Shown: piece after piece, positions 49,723 through 58,937 of the stretch
How positions within the stretch are numbered: position 1 is the stretch's first letter
Layout: the number at the start of each line of letters is the position of its first letter
Notes under the pieces: model-generated
Told to the model about the DNA's origin: nothing
Seen by the model: the letters and a program-made list of their open reading frames with translations, nothing else
Databases searched by the model: none
IMG/VR virus record: IMGVR_UViG_3300003272_000012
Coordinates: 16,966 to 80,965 of that record
From: a virus
Length of the DNA stretch: 64,000 nucleotides
Strand: one strand, 5' to 3'
Position numbers and translations under genes: made by a program

Positions 49723-49923
49723 TTAACGCCAAATACCTAGGCTTCTACAATGGTTATCTGCTCTTAGACCTGGCATGATTGCTATCTTTATATAAGTTTG
49801 AGGTGGATCAGTTCCCAATGCAAACTTAAAAGCACTTGGCTCTATTTGTATCGCCTTATAAAAAACTACCAATATGTTTTTACATACTCTTAAAATGGCG
49901 ATACTAATATGGACGAAGGTCAT
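49723..49923 (-). pseudogene. degenerate paralog of 49331..49594
   Basis: Shares IQIEPSAF.(L/F)A.GTDP.QTYIKIA and the upstream region; has an internal deletion and lacks the C-terminal TM. Confidence 0.5.
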
Positions 49924-49991
49924 CTAAAATTATCTCTAAATATTAATAAGCAAAGTATATTATCTACCTCAATATATTGTAAGGAGAAACA

Positions 49992-51935
49992 ATGATTAGC
50001 AGCTTAAGACTTGATGGTTGTCTTCTATTAGTAGAAGATGAAAATGGAGACTGGCATGAGGTTGGTGACTTATCCCAATGTGATCCGCTTTATAATCAAA
50101 CTGGTGGTGGTGATGGCAATCAGAAGCGTTGTAATATAGCAACACGGCTAGTAGATCCGTATCTGAAAGACTTGTTTTATAAAACACTACTTGAATATGA
50201 AGCAAATCAGAATGACTCAGAAGATCTTATTATTGCCCTTGGTGCAGTTGCTGTCACTGTCGGAGGGACAATACTTACTGCTGGTGTTGGAACAATATCT
50301 TCGGCTATCGTCATGGCAGTTGCCTATGCAGGTAAAACAGTGGTCAGTGCTGGATTAATTGGCGCTGGTATATATGCAAGTGTAGACCCGACTGAGGTAT
50401 TGGTTAATGTTTTAAATGAAACAGACTACGTGCTAGCACGAAATGAAGCAGACATTCCGCAGTTTTGGGCTGATGTAAGGCAGATGATTTATTGTGCAAC
50501 TCCTGCCAATGGTCAAATTACTCTTGAGACAATGGCAATTTATGCTGATTTGATCGAATCATTGACTGCATATCCGCAAGCCTCAAAAGTACTTGCTACT
50601 ATGATAAGGGTTAACAATATTGAGGCTCCAATTAGTGTGGCTCAGTTTGGAGCGCGTCTCGAGAGTGATTTGTTTGATTGCCAGTCAACTAATTGTATAG
50701 AAATGTGTGATTTGATACTTGATACGGAAAAGTCTCCAGTAGGTAGCTCGGTCATACGAAAAGCCAACACTGAGAGTACGTGGATTGTCACTAGTGCTCC
50801 TGATGAAAACCAACAACACAAAGTAGTTGTTAAATCTCGTGGTTCGTCAATACCACTGTATCTCAACACAATTAACTATAGTGGTAGTGTTGTACCAAGT
50901 GTCATTAATTATGAATTAGTTGAGCCTTTGAACGATAATAGAACAACTGTCATACCCTATACCAAAAAGGATCAGGTAGAAAATCGTCAATTTACCCGTT
51001 TAACTTTCTATAGTCATCAGGAACTCCAAATGGAAATTGATATTGATGATTGTCGTGAAGAAGAACAAGAACCAGACTCAGAGCAACCTTGCGCCTTGTT
51101 TGTCGGGGAGACATATGGTGAAAGTCCGATACCATCCGGTACATACGGCGCATACGATAATGTATTTGTACTTTTTGATGGACAACGCGTATCTGATGTT
51201 GACGGTTGGCGCACCTATTATCTCAGCGATGCTGATAGTTGCTGTTCTTTAATTCAATTGCCAATTTCGCCTGCAGATGAAGTCCCCCCACCTGATCCTC
51301 CAGAATATGGTATCTTGCCAAGTGAGATAGAATATAAAGATTGCACAGGGTCTGATTGGCTCCCGTTGTCTGAACTTCCGAAAGATGAAAATGCGCCGCT
51401 TAACTTTAATGCGATTCGCTTCAAGGGTAGCTATGCGATTCAGGTAGCACTTATCAATCCAGCTATCAATTGGCCATATGTATCAGACTTTGCGGATAGC
51501 AAAAATAGCTGGGTGCCGGAAGACCTAGACGGAAATGATACTGCAATATATGATGACGGCAATTGGCGGTATGCTGATGTAAATTACGAAGTAGTCAACT
51601 ATGGGCGTTTTTTGTCAATGTCGGTTAATTTTGCGACACCTGTATTTGTTAGTGAGTTTACCATAAACTATGATTTTACCCCTACTTCATATCCATTCCC
51701 TAACCAAGTAATAAGAACCTTCTATCAGGGTAATCAAACGTCAGAAGCGCGACAGGATAATGCTAGCGGTACTGGCTTGTCAATGACAGTAAACCCCAAT
51801 GAGTTGGTGGATAAGCTTAATATATGGTTTAGAACCTCGATTGCAAATAATCCAACCGATGGCTATGCTGGTAATATTGTGATCAATAGCATCACTGTAA
51901 ATGGTAATGGCCCATTCCCAACAGAGTTAACATGA
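49992..51935 (+). CDS. large hypothetical protein (Cys-containing, beta-rich C-terminus; possibly virion or surface protein)
   Basis: 647 aa with AAGGAG RBS; hydrophobic segment at about aa 80-125; followed by a terminator at about 51983-52008. Confidence 0.7.
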   Translation: MISSLRLDGCLLLVEDENGDWHEVGDLSQCDPLYNQTGGGDGNQKRCNIATRLVDPYLKDLFYKTLLEYEANQNDSEDLIIALGAVAVTVGGTILTAGVGTISSAIVMAVAYAGKTVVSAGLIGAGIYASVDPTEVLVNVLNETDYVLARNEADIPQFWADVRQMIYCATPANGQITLETMAIYADLIESLTAYPQASKVLATMIRVNNIEAPISVAQFGARLESDLFDCQSTNCIEMCDLILDTEKSPVGSSVIRKANTESTWIVTSAPDENQQHKVVVKSRGSSIPLYLNTINYSGSVVPSVINYELVEPLNDNRTTVIPYTKKDQVENRQFTRLTFYSHQELQMEIDIDDCREEEQEPDSEQPCALFVGETYGESPIPSGTYGAYDNVFVLFDGQRVSDVDGWRTYYLSDADSCCSLIQLPISPADEVPPPDPPEYGILPSEIEYKDCTGSDWLPLSELPKDENAPLNFNAIRFKGSYAIQVALINPAINWPYVSDFADSKNSWVPEDLDGNDTAIYDDGNWRYADVNYEVVNYGRFLSMSVNFATPVFVSEFTINYDFTPTSYPFPNQVIRTFYQGNQTSEARQDNASGTGLSMTVNPNELVDKLNIWFRTSIANNPTDGYAGNIVINSITVNGNGPFPTELT

Positions 51936-52047
51936 TATTTGAGCTATATCAATAATTAAGTTAAACATAGTACATAAAATTCAAACCCCTCACATTGTGA
52001 AGGGTTTGGTTGGATATATCCATGCCCGCGGAGTTTAAAAGCTGAAT

Positions 52048-52575
52048 CGTGCTATACTGATGTTGAGTTTTTCTTTAACTCCCTATCCTTTAACTGCACA
52101 GCCCTAGCTTGATGTTGCTGGGGTTTTGTGTTTATGGGTTTATAAGTCCAAAACTTTTGTGGTGTGCTATACTGATATTGCGTACCCGACGCTCCTATAA
52201 AGAATTGCACAAGCCTAAGCCTTAAACAGCTTGGGTTTTGTGTTTGTAATGTTAATCATGATATACTAAAAATGAGAATAAGCACTAACCCTCCTAACAC
52301 ACACAGACTCTGGCTCAAATGGCTGGAGTTTTGTGTTTGTAGGGTCAATAGGTCTACAGTTTTCTGCGGAATAGAGGCTGTGATATACTGGCGTGAGTTT
52401 CATTTATGAAACCTCTTCAATCTTTTGAATGCACGAACCCCAGTCCTGACGCTGGGGTTTTGTGTTTATATGGTAAAACTTTGTTGTTATTTGGTTTAAT
52501 GCTATACTGAAATTGAATCCTTACTTCATATGCTCCGCACAAGCCTTAGGTCTCATCCCCTAGGGTTTTGTGTTT
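52048..52575 (+). ncRNA. array of five independently promoted small-RNA units
   Basis: TGn-TATACT at 52053, 52168, 52262, 52384 and 52503. Each is followed by 28-41 variable nt, (G/A)CAC(A/G), a 9-bp stem and invariant GTTTTGTGTTT. Confidence 0.72.
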
Positions 52576-52782
52576 TAAATCTCCCCAATAATATCTATTT
52601 TCATATTGTGGTGACCTGCGATTTTCTGCAAGACATCGGCCGCAAGGTAGCGATGGCAGTTGCATTACGCTATCTTATAGAAATATAATTACTAACCGTT
52701 GGTAAAGGGTAGAAATACTACTCAATATAAAATGATATTATTACTTCTAATTTTTTGCTGTTAGATATAGGTAATTTGATTA

Positions 52783-53715
52783 ATGGACAATAAATCATTC
52801 ATAATTTATCTGCTTCAACCATATGTTACTAGTCGTTTACTTAATATTGCTATTCGAACCCTAGCAGCTGCAAAGCATCTTTCAATACGTGAGACTGAAT
52901 ACTATGTAATGAATCGTATCGAAGGATTAAGTATATCAACAATGAGATCTTGGAAAGGTAATAGACCTCCAAGATCGATAGTATATGGTGATATATTTCT
53001 GAGCTTAGTATGGTTGATATTAACTGATGGTTACTTACGCTTGGGTAATGAGTCACTAGCTACTGAATGGCTAATCGATATATTAAATACAACGGATGTT
53101 GGTCGAGGTAAGCAGTTCACAAGCAATAATTTGCAAGAGTTTGATTCTATTTTTACTAATTATGTCAGGCTCGATGGGAAACCACTAAGCGAAGATCAAT
53201 ATATTGAAGTTATTGTTAGACTAAGGAGTAAATCATTGGATTCAGAGCATAAACACCTTATAGATTTGAGACAAAACGATATTTTTGGACCACCACATGA
53301 TGACCTGCAATATATATGCGATATATTTGTTATTATGCCCTTTGCTGATAAGTTTGAGCCAATTTATACTGACCACATCAAAAAAATCTCTGAAGTGTAT
53401 AACTACACTGTGAAACGTGGTGATAACTTCTTCTCAAAAAGATCAATCATGGCAGATGTTTGGTCAGCAATGGTAAGTTCTAGGTTGGTAATCGCTGACT
53501 GCACTGGTCGTAATGCAAATGTTTTCTACGAGCTTGGGATGGCTCATACATTAAATAAACCAGTAATTACTATTGTTCAAGATCTTAAAGATATACCTTT
53601 TGATATACGGCATATGCGTGTTATTGAATATAAACATTCATATAGTGGTATGCTCCAATTGGAGATTGATCTGGGGGATGCGTTTGAAACTATGATGCCT
53701 GAAGAAGGTGATTAG
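52783..53715 (+). CDS. nucleoside 2-deoxyribosyltransferase-like (TIR-fold) domain protein with N-terminal putative DNA-binding domain
   Basis: IFVIMPF...RLVIADCTGRNANVFYELGMAHTLNKPVI...IPFDIRHMRVIEY. Confidence 0.82.
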   Translation: MDNKSFIIYLLQPYVTSRLLNIAIRTLAAAKHLSIRETEYYVMNRIEGLSISTMRSWKGNRPPRSIVYGDIFLSLVWLILTDGYLRLGNESLATEWLIDILNTTDVGRGKQFTSNNLQEFDSIFTNYVRLDGKPLSEDQYIEVIVRLRSKSLDSEHKHLIDLRQNDIFGPPHDDLQYICDIFVIMPFADKFEPIYTDHIKKISEVYNYTVKRGDNFFSKRSIMADVWSAMVSSRLVIADCTGRNANVFYELGMAHTLNKPVITIVQDLKDIPFDIRHMRVIEYKHSYSGMLQLEIDLGDAFETMMPEEGD

Positions 53716-53886
53716 TGTAAATTTGATTCTGGCAGTGCCAATGATGGTCATCTTATAACCTTTATTGTGTTGAGTACCCTTAAGTATTAAGCGCTGTAAA
53801 TAGGTATCATTGTTTTACCTATGTTCAGATTAATGTGCATTATACATCATGTTATTGAAATTTCTCCTAAATCTATGCTAATATTA

Positions 53887-53898
53887 GAATATTAGTTC
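53887..53898. promoter_or_regulatory. putative LexA box (1 mismatch)
   Basis: GAATATTAGTTC inside palindrome TAGAA-N6-TTCTA, 29 nt upstream of 53927. Confidence 0.45.
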
Positions 53899-53926
53899 TA
53901 TAAAAATACTATAGGTTGGTCGCCAA

Positions 53927-55216
53927 ATGAGTCATAAGTCTGTTAAGCATAAGAAGCTGACAGATTATGCTCCTAATCCTCAGAACTCTAATACAGGGTC
54001 TGAGCGTGGTCAGGGCATGATTGAAAACAGCTTTCGTAAGTATGGGGCAGGTCGTAGCTTGCTAGTTGATAAGAACAACAAGATTATCGCTGGGAATCAT
54101 AGCCAAGAGGGTGCACTTGAAACTGGTCTTGAGAATGTGATCGAGGTTGAAACAGATGGCACGCAAGTTGTCGTTGTGAAACGTAGCGATCTGGATTTGA
54201 GTGATACTGATGATATGCGCGCGGTTGAATTGGCATATATAGATAACCGGTCCAATGAGGTATCTCTGAATTGGGATGCTGCACAGATTATGGCTGATGT
54301 TGAAGCTGGAGCAGATTTATCGGGTATGTTCACCGAGATAGAGATTGCCGAGTTAATTGCCAGTCAAACTGATTTAGGTCCATCGGATCCAGATGCTGGT
54401 GCTCAAGTTGATCGTGCAGAAGAACTTAATGAAAAATGGAAAGTCAGCTATGGTGATTTGTGGATTATCTCTTCAAAGCACGGCGGAGAGCATCGGTTGT
54501 TATGTGGGGATAGCACAGTTAAGGATGATGTTGATCGGGTGATTGATGGCTTGGTCACGCCGTTAATGGTTACGGATCCTCCGTATGGTGTGGAGTATGA
54601 CCCATCATGGCGAGTGGATGTTGATGGTGGAACACGTCATGCTTTGGGCGTTGTAAAGAATGATGATAATGCCTCATGGCTTGATACTTGGCAATTAGCT
54701 CCATGTGATGTTGCTTATGTATGGCATGCTGGGATATATGGTCATATTGTAGCCACTGATTTGTTGGCAGCAGGATTTAATATCCGTTCGCAAATTATAT
54801 GGAATAAACATCAATTCGCCCTTAGCCGAGGTCATTATCACTGGAAGCATGAGCCTTGTTGGTATGCTGTGAAACAGAATAAGACTGGTCATTGGATTGG
54901 CGACCGTAAGCAAACGACGATGTGGGATATAGCAAGTTTGAATCCTGCAGGGGGATTAAAAGATGAAGAAGCGACAGGGCACGGAACACAAAAACCTATT
55001 GAATGCATGTCGCGTCCAATTAGTAATCATTCAGGGAATGTATATGATCCTTTTGGTGGGAGTGGGACGACGATGGTTGCTTGTGAACAGCTGGGTCGTC
55101 AGTGCCGGATGATTGAAATTGAGCCGAAGTATGTGGCGGTGATTTTGGAACGAATGAGTGGGATGGGGTTAGAGCCTAAAAAGGCGGACGTGGAGAAGCA
55201 CATCCCTACGGATTAA
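53927..55216 (+). CDS. ParB-like N-terminal domain plus DNA N6/N4 methyltransferase
   Basis: LTDYAPNPQN...IIAGNH ParB-like part; TDPPYG, HGTQKP, DPFGGSGTT; usual position ahead of terminase. Confidence 0.92.
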   Translation: MSHKSVKHKKLTDYAPNPQNSNTGSERGQGMIENSFRKYGAGRSLLVDKNNKIIAGNHSQEGALETGLENVIEVETDGTQVVVVKRSDLDLSDTDDMRAVELAYIDNRSNEVSLNWDAAQIMADVEAGADLSGMFTEIEIAELIASQTDLGPSDPDAGAQVDRAEELNEKWKVSYGDLWIISSKHGGEHRLLCGDSTVKDDVDRVIDGLVTPLMVTDPPYGVEYDPSWRVDVDGGTRHALGVVKNDDNASWLDTWQLAPCDVAYVWHAGIYGHIVATDLLAAGFNIRSQIIWNKHQFALSRGHYHWKHEPCWYAVKQNKTGHWIGDRKQTTMWDIASLNPAGGLKDEEATGHGTQKPIECMSRPISNHSGNVYDPFGGSGTTMVACEQLGRQCRMIEIEPKYVAVILERMSGMGLEPKKADVEKHIPTD

Positions 55217-55219
55217 TCG

Positions 55220-55417
55220 TTAATCAGTGTTGTCTATTACTTTGTTTATTTCTTCAGCGGATAGCTCAAGGTCGATTTTGGGAGATTGCAGTTGTTGGTA
55301 TAGGCGGTCGATGGCGATGATTAGTATCTGCGTTTTTGTGAGATCATGAATCTCGGCTATTTCGTCGATTTGGTTATGTGTTAGTTCTGGGAGGCGTGTG
55401 TTGAATTGTTTAGGCAT
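55220..55417 (-). CDS. ribbon-helix-helix (CopG-like) protein
   Basis: MPKQFNTRLP...LTKTQILIIAIDRL beta-helix-helix pattern. Confidence 0.65.
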   Translation of the reverse strand: MPKQFNTRLPELTHNQIDEIAEIHDLTKTQILIIAIDRLYQQLQSPKIDLELSAEEINKVIDNTD

Positions 55418-55631
55418 TTTGTTCCTCCGCTGTGTCGTATCCCCAGCGTTGGAGAATACTAGCTGCGCGGTTGGTACTCGTCAGCCAGAATTTACCGTCG
55501 TTGCCGAGAATAATTGGTGTAGTTTTGCTACTGTTACGGGTTGAGCGGTATTGTATGGCGTTTGCTAGTGTGCTGAAGCGTGTTATGTATCCGTTACCTG
55601 TTTCAATTGATTTGCGTAATCTGTTTTCCAT
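55410..55631 (-). CDS. small hypothetical protein
   Basis: Probable start MENRLRK at 55631 after AAAGGA. Confidence 0.55.
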   Translation of the reverse strand: MENRLRKSIETGNGYITRFSTLANAIQYRSTRNSSKTTPIILGNDGKFWLTSTNRAASILQRWGYDTAEEQNA

Positions 55632-55665
55632 TTTGTTTGTCCTTTTGTTTAACCTTATGGCTATA

Positions 55666-55688
55666 TTGTATAGCAATATGCTATACAA
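55666..55688. promoter_or_regulatory. palindromic operator candidate
   Basis: TTGTATAGC-AATAT-GCTATACAA. Confidence 0.55.
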
Positions 55689-55731
55689 GTCAAGAGGAAT
55701 TGTAGGGTTACTTTGCCCAATTTGAGGGATT

Positions 55732-56307
55732 ATGAGTAAGAAACGTAAGAATGTATCACCAATACCTAAAACAAAACGCAACGCTCACCAAGATGTCATG
55801 GCTTTGCGTCGTGAGCGTGTGGCGACATTACGTAACCGGTTATTGAGTGAGCGCGAAATTTATGTGGCGATGTCTACTCCTAATTCGCCTTTTTTTATGC
55901 TTAACCCTAACCCAAAAGATGGTGAAGATCCCAAGCCGTACAGTGCAGGCACGATTCATAACGACCTTGTTTATCTTCGAGAGCAATCTATCAAAAATGC
56001 CACCGAGGAATATGAGTCGTATAAAGCCATGCAGTTGGCAGAAATCCGTGAGGCCCGTAAGGCATATGGTTGGGCTAAAAATGACTGGAAAGCGATTGCG
56101 AAGTTTCTTGAATTAGAGATGCGGTTGACGGGAACGATGGATGCTGGATCGATGACGTTCAATCAGTTTAACCAGCAGAATAATCTATTTATGAATGAGG
56201 CAGGCGAGCCGAAGACGGTGCGCGATATGACGGATGACGAATTGAGGTTGATAGCCTCTCAGGCGTTGCCGGATGCGGTTGAAGGGGAGATTGTTGATGA
56301 TAAGTAA
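55732..56307 (+). CDS. terminase small subunit
   Basis: 191 aa helical protein after the methylase and upstream of terL; C-terminal DMTDDELR motif. Confidence 0.65.
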   Translation: MSKKRKNVSPIPKTKRNAHQDVMALRRERVATLRNRLLSEREIYVAMSTPNSPFFMLNPNPKDGEDPKPYSAGTIHNDLVYLREQSIKNATEEYESYKAMQLAEIREARKAYGWAKNDWKAIAKFLELEMRLTGTMDAGSMTFNQFNQQNNLFMNEAGEPKTVRDMTDDELRLIASQALPDAVEGEIVDDK

Positions 56308-56683
56308 ACCGACGAAATACGCAATTGGTACAGTGCATGTTCTACAAGATGAAATCGAGCTAGAGCATGATGATGGTAGCTGGTCATATGTTGAGCCGGG
56401 TCTTGATATCACGGTTGATACTTATGATTCTGATCGCGACGAATACACATTAAGTTGCCGTACTCATAGCGGGTTCTTTCTCTGTGCTGATGACATGGAT
56501 AGATTCTTCGACCCGAAAGAATACTACAAATATGAGCCAAGCTATTGTGCGAATTGTAACGTATGGATGCAATTACAAGGTGATGCTGAGCATCTAGGCA
56601 AACCATCAACACAATGGGAGTGCCTTATTTGCGGTCATGTTACTTATGTGGAGATTACAAAGGGATTGCTTAATAGAAAGTAA
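56297..56683 (+). CDS. zinc-ribbon hypothetical protein
   Basis: CANC...CLICG; probable start ATG 56297. Confidence 0.6.
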   Translation: MISKPTKYAIGTVHVLQDEIELEHDDGSWSYVEPGLDITVDTYDSDRDEYTLSCRTHSGFFLCADDMDRFFDPKEYYKYEPSYCANCNVWMQLQGDAEHLGKPSTQWECLICGHVTYVEITKGLLNRK

Positions 56684-56690
56684 AATAGAT

Positions 56691-57041
56691 ATGACATTAC
56701 CAGAATATATAGATTACTCAGAGCTAGAGTTCCCAGAGGGGTGTGATGATCTCGACTGGGCAGATGTTCCAGGTGGATACTTAAATTGGGTCGATTATTG
56801 GATGGCGCGGTTTGAAGAAGAGCGAGACGCTAACCAAGAAACGCAAGCACAGATTGCTGCTATACATCGGGTGATTAATTTTGCGAAGTTGGATGTTACC
56901 ACAGGCGGTCTGATGAAACGGGTTATTTCGATGTTACATCGCTTACGGAATTTGTCGCAGATTTGTGATGAGCAACGGACATATATACGTAAACTGGAGG
57001 ATGTGCGCTATGACCTCGCCGACAAAAAGAAAGTCAGTTGA
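56691..57041 (+). CDS. hypothetical protein
   Basis: Probable start MTLPEY at 56691. Confidence 0.55.
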   Translation: MTLPEYIDYSELEFPEGCDDLDWADVPGGYLNWVDYWMARFEEERDANQETQAQIAAIHRVINFAKLDVTTGGLMKRVISMLHRLRNLSQICDEQRTYIRKLEDVRYDLADKKKVS

Positions 57042-57405
57042 TGGCAACGAGTATGATATGACAAACTTCTCAAAGGTCATGCAAGAGTGCTTTGTGATTA
57101 TCATGAATTGTATCCAGAAGGTCGAGAAAAATGAAGATGACTTCTGGAAGACACAAAAGCAGGTTGTACCGTTGCGTCAGGCGATTGAGAAGTTTTATCG
57201 GTGGCAGAATCAGAAATATCAAGGAGAGGCACTGCCATTGTGGGTGTTTGGTGAAGTTGCTTTGCGTGAACTAGAACAGGGCGCATCGATCGACAAAGTT
57301 AAAGGTGTGTTCTCGCTGGCGGTCAAGAAGAAGTATGAGGCGACGATGGAAACCGCGCGTAATATTTATGATCAGGTGATGCTAGATGCCGACACATCGA
57401 GTTAA
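56965..57405 (+). CDS. hypothetical protein
   Basis: Helical ORF before terL; true start uncertain. Confidence 0.5.
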   Translation: MMSNGHIYVNWRMCAMTSPTKRKSVDGNEYDMTNFSKVMQECFVIIMNCIQKVEKNEDDFWKTQKQVVPLRQAIEKFYRWQNQKYQGEALPLWVFGEVALRELEQGASIDKVKGVFSLAVKKKYEATMETARNIYDQVMLDADTSS

Positions 57406-57422
57406 TTAAGTCTCTATTTCTT

Positions 57423-58937
57423 ATGCTTCCACCAACCCTACATAACGAACAGGTTACCCCACAAGAGGCGGCACAAGAATATCTACAGCGACAAGCAGCA
57501 CGTCAGTCGTCTTTGGCGTTCGCACAGTATGTTGATCCCACATATCAAGTCAATGCGTTTTATCGACATCTCAATGGAATGTTAGATAAGGTAATGGCAG
57601 GGGAGATCAAGCGGTTAATGATCTTCGCGCCTCCTCAGCATGGTAAGTCGCGCACCTCGACAGAGATATTTCCTGCACGTTGGATTGGTGAAAATCCGAA
57701 TTTACCTGTGGCAGTGGTGTCGTATGGTGCAACGCCCGCGCAGAAGTTCTCGACCAGCACACGCGATATTATCGAAAGTCCGGAGTATGCGCGGTTGTAT
57801 GGTGACTTGTCGCATATGGGACAGCCGATTAAGATTCGGGAAGATGCGAGGGCAAAAGGTCTATGGCGACTTGGTTACCCACATAAGGGCGGTTTATGGG
57901 CTGGTGGTATCGGTGGGCCGATTACATCACATGGTTTTGGTGGTATTTTGCTAGATGATCCATTTAAAGATTGGAAACAGGCACATTCGCAGGTGTATCG
58001 GCAGTCGGTATATGAATATTATCGCGGAACGCTGATGACACGCTTGTGGCAAGATGGGTGGGTGATCATCATCATGACACGGTGGCATCCAGACGATATT
58101 GCAGGGCGATTACTTGCTGAGGAAGGTGACAAGTGGTGTATTCTGCGGTATCCGGCGATTGCTGAAAGCCAAGAGGAGCGTGACAAGAATAATAAGATGA
58201 TGGGATTGCCGATCGGTGAATCTGATCCACTCGGGCGTGAAGCTGGTGAGGCATTATCTCCTGTGCGTTTTTCGATTGATGGTCTACAAGAAAAGCGTGA
58301 AAATGTTGGTGAGCGAGCATGGGCGAATGAGTATCAGGGTGCACCACGGTTGGCTGACGGTGACATGATTAAGCGCGATTGGTTTGATACTGTGGCGAAA
58401 GTACCGAGTGGTGCAAAGCGTGTTAGATATATCGACAAAGCAGGTACACAAGGGGGTGGAGCTTATACAGCGCTGGTTCTAATGGCAGAATATCACGGTA
58501 CATATTATGTGGAAGATGTTGTCCGTGGGCAATGGTCGGCGCATCAACGTGAAGAGATCATCCACAAGACGATTAAGCGAGATACTCAGCTGTATGGAAA
58601 ATATGTCGCCTATATTGAGCAGGAACCGGGTAGTGGTGGTAAAGAGTCGGCAGAGCATACGATCAAGAAAAATGCGGGGTATCGTATCAAGGCAGATCGT
58701 CCAACAGGTGATAAAGATGCTCGATTACTTCCATTCGCCGATCAAGCTGAGGCAGGGAATGTGTTGCTGGTATCAGGGCTTTGGAATCATGCGTGGTTGG
58801 AAGAGATGACCGCCATCCCCAATGGTACCTTTCGTGACCAAGGGGATGCGACAGCAGGTGCGTTCAATAAGTTGACAGGTAGAAAATCGTCTACAAAAGT
58901 AGGCAGGGCTAGTGGGTTGTATTCGAGTCGAGGTTAG
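57423..58937 (+). CDS. terL: terminase large subunit
   Basis: APPQHGKS Walker A, LLDDPFK Walker B, MTRWHPDD, EYQGAP, RNase H-like C-terminus (YIDKA...DQGDA). Confidence 0.95.
   Translation: MLPPTLHNEQVTPQEAAQEYLQRQAARQSSLAFAQYVDPTYQVNAFYRHLNGMLDKVMAGEIKRLMIFAPPQHGKSRTSTEIFPARWIGENPNLPVAVVSYGATPAQKFSTSTRDIIESPEYARLYGDLSHMGQPIKIREDARAKGLWRLGYPHKGGLWAGGIGGPITSHGFGGILLDDPFKDWKQAHSQVYRQSVYEYYRGTLMTRLWQDGWVIIIMTRWHPDDIAGRLLAEEGDKWCILRYPAIAESQEERDKNNKMMGLPIGESDPLGREAGEALSPVRFSIDGLQEKRENVGERAWANEYQGAPRLADGDMIKRDWFDTVAKVPSGAKRVRYIDKAGTQGGGAYTALVLMAEYHGTYYVEDVVRGQWSAHQREEIIHKTIKRDTQLYGKYVAYIEQEPGSGGKESAEHTIKKNAGYRIKADRPTGDKDARLLPFADQAEAGNVLLVSGLWNHAWLEEMTAIPNGTFRDQGDATAGAFNKLTGRKSSTKVGRASGLYSSRG

Noticed and set aside
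49441-49970. Possible DGR template/variable repeat pair
   Set aside because: Differences include C/G and C/T changes and an indel rather than adenine-specific substitutions; no reverse transcriptase in the window.
52048-52575. CRISPR array or type I toxin-antitoxin interpretation of the repeat units
   Set aside because: Repeats are not identical, spacing is irregular (94-122 bp), each unit has a promoter and terminator, and no cas gene is present. Opposite-strand ORFs are MK*, a 9-aa peptide and a hydrophilic 45-aa ORF, unlike type I toxins.
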